A stretch of DNA of 63,899 nt, filler included, from Cercozoa sp. M6MM (Eukaryota; Protista; Endomyxa: Ascetosporea): the NCBI GenBank assembly GCA_040357565.1. It is 10 parts of 10 records of this genome, joined end to end, with 100 filler letters (N's around TTAATTAATTAA, not from the genome) between each part and the next. Parts side by side here need not be neighbours in the genome. Positions count along the whole stretch, not along the records: positions 53,844 to 63,899 come from JBDODJ010000459.1; 9 more parts are not named here. One strand, written 5' to 3'. The translations under genes and the position numbers were made by a program. Under the pieces are notes generated by a model, which saw only the letters and a list, made by a program, of their open reading frames with translations, did no database searches and was not told the DNA's origin. Below, in pieces: positions 56,171 to 63,899 of this stretch. The first letter of the stretch is position 1. Each line of letters begins with the position of its first letter.

Positions 56171-56628
56171 GGCTTCTTTGGGAATCACAGTCACTCACTC
56201 TATAGCTACCGTACAGTTGCGATTTGAGTCTCAAACTCTCAGTCCAACCCTGGCACGCGACTGGCTTGCGGTTGACACGCGCGAGGCTGTGTTCGGAGTT
56301 CCAAACGTTCAGTTTGGTTCCTGTCAGGTCGGTTGACTCAGAAATTCGGCTACACTACACGACAGAAACTGAACGTAGATTCGCAGTGCTGTAAACTTGC
56401 CTTGCTGGCCGAGCCGAAGTGACGGACTGTCTGACGAGTACGGACCGCACGGCACCGTGAGCCGACTGTCTACGTCACGTGACTTCTAGATCTATCGAGA
56501 CTAGCGGAGAGCTGCTCGCGATTGTGGGTCGACTCAATTCAATTCAACGTCACTGGCTAGGAGCCGAGACAGACGAGTTCACCGACCGATACGTTAGTTA
56601 GTAAGCGCGGGTCGGTCCGGTCGGACGA

Positions 56629-59600
56629 CTACAGCAGTCGATGTGACTGGCGGAGCAGACGCCGCACGCGCAGAAAGTCCGGCGACAGAGCGCCTGTGAG
56701 ACAGCAAGCAGTTTCAGACAGCCCAGTGAGAGAGTGAGAGTGGAGTACCCTGCAGCGACAAGTGCTCGGGCGACACACGCACCACCTTGAGTTGTACGCC
56801 TGTCCAAAAAATTCCACAAGGTCAAAGGCACAAACAAATCAGTCAATGAGTCTCTGGCACACCGTCTTTCTTGCCGCGAGGTGGAATAACGAGAGCGCCC
56901 TCCTCAAATCGAGCGTTGGCTACAGCCCAGCAGATTTAAAGGTCATAACAACTCTCTCTCTCTCACACTCTCAAGGAGCGAAAAAGCCCTACCAAATCCA
57001 GCATCAACGAGTCGACGGTGCAGGTCGACCATGCCCATGTCGCCGACCTTTTGCAGCACAAAAAACGTGCAAGGCACAAGCTCAAGCACGAGAACATCAA
57101 ACGGGAAAGGAAGTTGCTCACCATGAGCGTGCGCACATCGTGCAGATTGTCAGGTGCCATATGTGCCGTGTGCAACACGGGCATTTCACCTGACCCCCCC
57201 CAAACTCAAAATAAACACTTTGACAGCACTACGGAACAGTCTTGATACCAACAGCGTCATCTAAGTGATCTGCCACAATGGCATCACCCAGTTCCACGCG
57301 GACCTGGTCATATTATTCGAAATACGAAAACCTAAAACACCAAAACAAACAAAATACCTGTGCCAATTCGAGCGATTGCGAGGGCACCCAGCGCAGTTTT
57401 GAAGCCACCTGTGTTCGTAATACAACTTTATAAGGTGTATGGCCGGAATTGAAGTCGAAACATACATCGTGAGGCAGCAGAACACGTTCGACACGTCGCA
57501 CGAAGGTTCCTTCCACTCTGCAGATGAAGCGGTTAATGGCACACTCCAAGCATGTGAAATGTTACGAGTCGCCGTTGTTTGGCACAAAGACGCGGTCGCT
57601 TGTGTTTTGTGTGGCCCACCTTTTCAATCGAAAATAAAAGAAAAACACCAAACAAAGCCGAAGTCTAAAAATACTGTCGAATCCGTTGGCGCACGAGATC
57701 CGTGTTGCCGACCAGCATCTAAGAAACACAAGTGTGAAGAACCAAGAGGAGCAACCTCTTCCCACTAGTTGTACCAGTCGGCGAGGCTGAACACGCGTCA
57801 GCACTTGTCTCAAGTTGACTGTGCGAGCACACAAACCACCTGATAGCGAAAAAGAGAGACACTTGAAGAGATCAGTACCTTCATCAACGCGGCCTTCAAA
57901 ACCGGGCACAAACACCACTTCACACCTATAGAAACATGACGAATAAACTACAGGATGAATGTTTACAGGGTTCGAACGATAAAACTCACTGAACGCGCAC
58001 GAACTCGCGCTTGATGTCGCACTTGATGGCTTTTTTCTGCTCAAACAGAGCAGACAGTGTGAAAAATAATATGGAAGCTGAAGGAACATACGCCACGCAT
58101 GCGAGCTTTGACGAACTCTTCCTGCGACAGCAAGCCTGCACGGGCGTCCAAAGCACGCTGGGCCGCCTCCTGTTTCAGCAATTTAATTTGCAGGACTGTA
58201 AGTCGAGCAGTCAAGAGAAGACGGTACCATCTGAAGCTTCTCGTCGTCCTCCTCTTCCTCCTTGTCTTCAGACAACAGGAGACAGTTAGAGTACAAGACA
58301 GAGAAGGAGAAGAAGGAGGAGAAAAAGAAGTTAAAGCACCTCGCACAGCGAGCCACGCGGCATTAGCGAATAAACCGTCGCTCAGAGGCTTTCCAAATGT
58401 CTCCTGTCAACACACACACAGACAAAGTGTCTCACGTGGCCCCAGTCAACAAATCTGTCCAAGTGGAGTCTACCTCGTGCACACGCAAGGTGACACCGTC
58501 CTCGACGTCACTTTCCGACTGCACACACACTTTGGTACCAAGCAGGCAGTATGCAAAAGCAAGGGGCACCTCGAAGTCCTTCTCAAAGTCGTCGCGCTCG
58601 TCTTCCACTTCCTCGTCTTCGTCGTCTGCTTGGATGGGGAGGGGTAGGGGGGGAGGGTAAGAGGGTAGGGGATACGCACCCTGCATGGCGTTGCCGGCCA
58701 GATCGGCCTTGTCGGCACCCTCAAGAGCAGCGGCGTCGCTCATGGCCGACGCGTTCTCGCTCTGCGCGAATTCGACGTCGCCGCGCTCCAGTCGCTGCTG
58801 TGCCAGCGCCTGTCGAGGAGGGTAAACGGGTGGGTGGTAGGTAATACACAGGTAGGGAAGTAAAGGGGTACAGGAAAAGAGGTAAGGGTGAAGGGGGTAG
58901 TGAGAGTATGTGGGAGTACCTGTGCCCGTCGCTTTTCGTACTCACGCGCTAGCACACGACGAAAGTGCGCCAATCGAGAGCGTCGTTCAGCACCGTGCAG
59001 CACCTTCTTGGTCGCACTACATATAAATTATATATAATATAAAAAAATATATATATATATATATATCTATATATATTATATGTATTTGTATATAATACCC
59101 CCAGTAAAAGACTGCAGTACCGAGGCACAGGAATCACGTCTTTTCGCATTTGCAGCTGACCTGTACAAACGTGGGGAGGTAAAGGGGGCGGGATGGGAGG
59201 GGTAAACTGCGTACCAGCCACGGAGTGTGCGACGGAGCGCTGCACGAACAAAAGCTTCGACGGTGCGTGCGTGGCCACAACCGACAGCAGCGCGGCGCTG
59301 GCCGAGTGTGCTGCCCATCAACATTGCCATACTTTATGTCTACCGAAATACAGAGGGGTGTCATCAATATAGGTGAGGCTACACATCAGGTCGGCATCGG
59401 AGGCAACGATAACTTTGGGCTTTGTGATGTCCTGTGCCTCTTGCACCTGCAGCACAAACACACATAGACACCACTCTGATACATATCTTGGTCTCGGTCG
59501 ACATGTTTATAGATACCGATGTAAAATCAATGAAGGTAAATAAACACGAAATAAAAAAAATAAATAGAATTATAATAGATAATATTATCATGTATAGATA

Positions 59601-60073
59601 TTAAAAATATTACAGTGCGACAGCACTGCACATGCGTAAGTGCAAAAACGTCGTCCGACTGCGTCGTTGTCTGTTGCTGTGACTGTTGCTGTTGCTGCTG
59701 TTGTTGGTGCGCGTACTCCTGCATCGTGCGTGCCGCCGAAATCGTGTGTTCACTCTGCACAACGTATGCACCGACAGACCTAACCTCCGTGTTAAAAACT
59801 GACAAGTCAAGTACCGTCGGCGACAGGTAGACCAAAGCACACGCAGTCTGCCCGAACAAAATCAATAGTTCATTCTAAGAGTACAGTCAAACCAGAAACC
59901 TTAAAAAAAAAAGAAACCGGCAAATTCGGCACGCGTGCAAACAGAGCGTCCAGCACTTGCAGCAACTCGAAACTTCGGCCTGCGCACACAACAACTGTCC
60001 AGCATCAGACTGACCAACATGGCTGACTCGGTACCGCCGACATCGCACGGAATCAGCACATTGCCGCCTGCAC

Positions 60074-60107
<34 letters not shown>

Positions 60108-60344
60108 TTAAAATGTAAAACCAGAGCACCATTGCGCAGGGTATCCACAACGGTGGCATGCAGTTTCTCGTCGCGTTCCGCCATCTTGATTGGGTACTCA
60201 CTATGTCGACCTGTATAGGCTTATAGGGATAGCATGGGAGTGATGCTCTACCCGAAAGTGTCAGTCAGCAGAAGTGCCGGTCGACGAGCGAAGGTCTGCT
60301 GCACCAGTGTGGCCGCGTCCAAACAGTGCTCGCGCCGGTGGTTC

Positions 60345-60399
<55 letters not shown>

Positions 60400-60409
60400 N
60401 NNNNNNNNN

Positions 60410-60459
<50 letters not shown>

Positions 60460-61917
60460 AGAGTCAGCAAAAAAAGGAAAAGGAACACACCAATCCAGTG
60501 CGCACACGACGTCGCCAAAATCCGATGAGACCGTCCACACCGCACCTAACCAGTAAGCCATAAAATCCGCACCTTTAACAAGTAACCATGCGTGATACTA
60601 CCTCCCAGTGAATGACCGGCGTTTCGCGCAGTCAAAACAATGCGAGCGTGCTCACCTGTTGGTCGGAAAACGTGTACACGCGGAACAAAGTGCAGCACAA
60701 AACGAAAACGCACCCGAAGCACTCTGCGCAATCGCCTCGTCCGTGTCAGTCTGAAGAAGAACCGAGAAAGTGCATTAGTGTAGGGAACGACAGTTGTTCA
60801 TTAGTACCAATGCATTAACGAGATTCGACGCGTCCACTGGCTCGTGCGTCGGCGTTACTTCCTGCAGCGGTTGATTTCAAAACTCTTCCAAGCAGTCAAA
60901 ATAAAAAAACTGGATACTTTATCCTCGTCCTCCTCTTCGTTTTCGTTCTCGCTTTCCGAGTCGCTCATTTCATCGCCTTCCTCTGCACAAAACAAAGAGA
61001 GGGATCAGTGAGTGCTTCAGTGACAATCTTTGTGCAGTCAGACCGCGAAAGCCGAGTTGTTTCTGCGTGCGAATCTGCTGAATCTTCCGTGCGGCCAGCG
61101 GTTTCTCGAGGTAGACTTCCTGCACGAAAGCTGGAATTAAAGACCAAAGAGTCGGTTAAAGTAGATAAGGTACCTGGAGATACTTGACGCGCGTGCAACG
61201 ATCGAACGCGTCGTCGACGTCGTCGATGCAAAAGTGCGGAAAATCGCCTGTGGCACCTTGAGAAAAAACAATCACAATAACACAATAAAACACGGAACAA
61301 TTTAGATGAAGATAGATTACTCTGGATGGTTTCAACAAGATCGTACATCAGCAGCGAACCCAATCGCCAAGCTGGCACCGTCATGTACACCGGACACCGC
61401 CTACAACACACAACAATCCTCTGTGACCAAGAGAAACTACCAATGATAAGTGTACCATTCCACGTGTCGCCACAGCAGCGGAAGACCGCCACAGTGTCTT
61501 TAGACCAACGAAACTGACCCGAAAGCAAGAGAATAAAGAAACGAAAGTTACCGCATGGTGCCGTGTGTGATCAGAATTGCATCCACCGGCTCCAGTTTCC
61601 TATGAATTGCACAGTGTACACATGATTCAAAATTCAGTATTTTGGGAGTTTAAAAACACACTTTAAGGCGGCAACATATTCACTATTTTCGTTGAGTCGG
61701 TGATCCCTGATCGCAAAGCACTCAACTCACAAACTGACAGATGACAACAGAAGTGCATGCACCAGCCACAGTCTAGCAGGAGCCGGAAGGGACCGATGCG
61801 AACTGCCAAACACACACCCAGGTAGACATCGCATGACAACAACATGACACGAAACGTACCTAAAAAGCAGTATGGCTCGTGCTCGCCGGCGCCAGTGAGC
61901 GGCGTCACACGCAGCAT
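56629..61917 (-). CDS. CPSF2: Cleavage and polyadenylation specificity factor 100 kDa subunit
   Basis: MLRVTPLTGAGEHEPYCFL|..FRLLLDCG, VYMTVPAWRLGSLLMYDL, FCIDDVDDAFD, AGHSLGG, GGNVLIPCD, and C-terminal LQGALSPDFLRVRRLL. Confidence 0.9.
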
Positions 61918-62338
61918 TACCACCTAAAAATACCAAATTCCACCAGAAGATACAAGAATCAACTGTTGCTATTGAGACAAAACACAAAAAATTCGAACTA
62001 ACCTAATACCAGAACACGGCTGCACACTATGTCGCGGTGAGTGAGGCTAAGTGACTCTATGGGTACATGTTTTGTTCAAATGTACCAAAATGAGAAAAAT
62101 AATAAACAAAATCAGCGTTCTGTGCGTTGGGATTGGTGCTTTTCTGCCTGTTTGGCAAAGGGGGCGGCATAGAGAATGTGTTCGTGGTAAAAACGTCGAA
62201 TTAAACCACACAAGATGTCATTAAGGGACGTCGTAACGATCAAAGTGATCGGTGGGTGTGCCGTTGCGCTGCATGTACGTTCCCACACTTTCCATTAGTC
62301 GATCTGCTAGATTTTTCTTAATGTAGTTCACGGCGTGC

Positions 62339-62731
62339 GTGGTGGCCTGGCGGGATATCCATGACCTGCGAAAACTAACAGAAGACCTCGACGATTACCT
62401 GCGTACTCGATACCCTTCCTTCGCTGTGTCACGTGGCTGTATTTTCCTCACTTGGACAGCAAGTGATCTCGCCTCAGACATCAAAGTGCTCGCCTTTGCG
62501 CTAATGCTATGCGCCTCTTTGCTTTCGCTGACGGCAACGCTGGCATCCTTAGTGTCAATCTTTTTGGACAAGCGCCTCCAACGAAGGCATGTTGTCGCCT
62601 GTCATCTCGTTGGCATGGTCACGGTACACCAGTCGAGTGTTTCATCCCTAGCTAAGCTAACACCTTTTAAATTATTCTATTGCAGGGAGCTCTCGCATTC
62701 TGTTGGTGGATGGGAGGTACCGTTAAAGTAA
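62339..62731 (+). CDS. Hypothetical membrane protein
   Basis: ORF with hydrophobic VLAFALMLCASLLSLTATLASLVSIFL. Structure unresolved. Confidence 0.3.
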   Translation: MVAWRDIHDLRKLTEDLDDYLRTRYPSFAVSRGCIFLTWTASDLASDIKVLAFALMLCASLLSLTATLASLVSIFLDKRLQRRHVVACHLVGMVTVHQSSVSSLAKLTPFKLFYCRELSHSVGGWEVPLK

Positions 62732-62941
62732 ATTATATATTCAGTACTATTGTAAACTCCCTCTAGCGTCGGTTTATTGCGGCGCCAAGTTCGACACAAA
62801 CGCCAACGCCTTTGCTTCGTCTTTGTTGAGTGTCATGACATCGTTGGCCATATCGTGGGTCGCGTGGCTTCGATGGCGAGTCGAACGACAAAGCAAAGCG
62901 TCGAGTTGACCTGAGCGAGATTTTCTGTTCAGGCATATGCC

Positions 62942-63020
62942 AAGCTAGGCTACACTCAGTTATTAAGCGACCGGCTGTCAACCCATGCCAAAAAGCTAGG
63001 CTACACTCAATTGTTAAGCA
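62942..63020. repeat. Two ~27-bp direct repeats AAGCTAGGCTACACTCA(G/A)TT(A/G)TTAAGC
   Basis: Copies at about 62942-62968 and 62994-63020. Confidence 0.8.
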
Positions 63021-63144
63021 TTTCTTTTGGCATCTCATGTGCTTCCAAGCGGAGTAAGTGGTCGGCCGGGTAGATTGACGTGAATTGAATTCCGTCGGAT
63101 AACTGAAATCAAGGTTTAGAAGTAAAGTGACGCTAGCTAGCGAG

Positions 63145-63856
63145 CTAGTGGAGGTGGAAGATCTCCTCGAACACGTAGGTGAAGGCCATGAACGTGCCAC
63201 AACCACCAGCCATGGCACCCTTCATAGGCACACAGTACAGTACAGTACAACAAATAAGGGTCTGCCTAAATCGATTGGAAACATTTGCATACCGGGCCAG
63301 CGCCAAAGGCCAAGGCACCTCCGCTAATGCAGGCAGCGATCTAAAAAGCCACGCATTGCCAAAGTGGTATGCATAACGCAAGAAAGACCGACCATGTTGG
63401 ACGTGAGGTCTTCGCGTCCTCTCCAAGACGAAACCACGCCTACACCAACAGTTGAAAAGCAAGGAAAGCAGGTGATACGGTCGAGCAGTACCACTGGAGA
63501 GACCGAAGATAGCGCCGACTGAGCCGAAGTTCTTACCCTGAGAGACACACATGCATCAACAGATAGGATCAACAGCAAAGCAAGACAGTGTGTACCATGC
63601 GCTTGGAAGCCAGGTACATGTCTCTCCATGCCTGTGTGCAAACAAACATACATACGCATACATCTCATTAAACGAGAACGCACTCGCTTGAAACTATCAG
63701 GTGCTCCACTGTCGGCCGCGCCCTACAACGACACAAACGCACTTGCAAACGCCGAAGCAAGAGGTCACACAAGCCGAGACTACCGTGGCATACTTGGCGT
63801 CAGCAGCGAACGACGTTGTGAAAAGACCGAGCATTACACCCATACCAAAGCCACCT
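63145..63856 (-). CDS. TIM22: Mitochondrial import translocase Tim22 (5'-partial)
   Basis: GGFGMGVMLGLF...GKNFGSVGAIF...WRGREDLTSNM|IAACISGGALAFGAGP|GAMAGGCGTFMAF. All introns are GT-AG. Confidence 0.88.
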
Positions 63857-63899
63857 ACCCAAAGTACAAACAGGAAAATCAACACAAGGGGGGGGGGGG

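Overview
Eukaryotic nuclear DNA from an unidentified, very intron-dense, probably flagellated microbial eukaryote. The genetic code is standard: TAA, TAG and TGA all end recognisable genes. The window is about 10 contigs joined by artificial N-TTAATTAATTAA-N linkers, so adjacency across linkers is meaningless. Genes are broken into 35-150 nt exons by GT-AG introns of about 50-65 nt, many expanded by (AC)n, (AT)n or C-rich TTTACCCC repeats. Recognisable genes, reconstructed by hand: NSF 3' end, DNAAF1, a PH-domain protein, a GYF_2-WH2 protein, EMC6, a DUF455 ferritin-like protein, CLN3, BLTP2/FMP27, a Venus-flytrap-7TM-RGS receptor, a Myb-like protein, the POLR1C last exon, FAM135, NT5DC, AP-3 mu, SERINC, U6 snRNA, codanin-1, a CBS protein, an RWD-RBR E3 ligase, CPSF2 and TIM22. 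The most interesting signals are: (1) a class C GPCR-like receptor with a built-in RGS domain; (2) a short retroposon family, one copy with a perfect 15-bp TSD about 40 bp downstream of U6; (3) a GTAC-biased 5' splice site alongside a U6 with a variant ISL loop; (4) a VASP/WASP-like actin regulator with a GYF_2 head. Protein calls come from remembered family motifs, not database searches, and gene boundaries are approximate.
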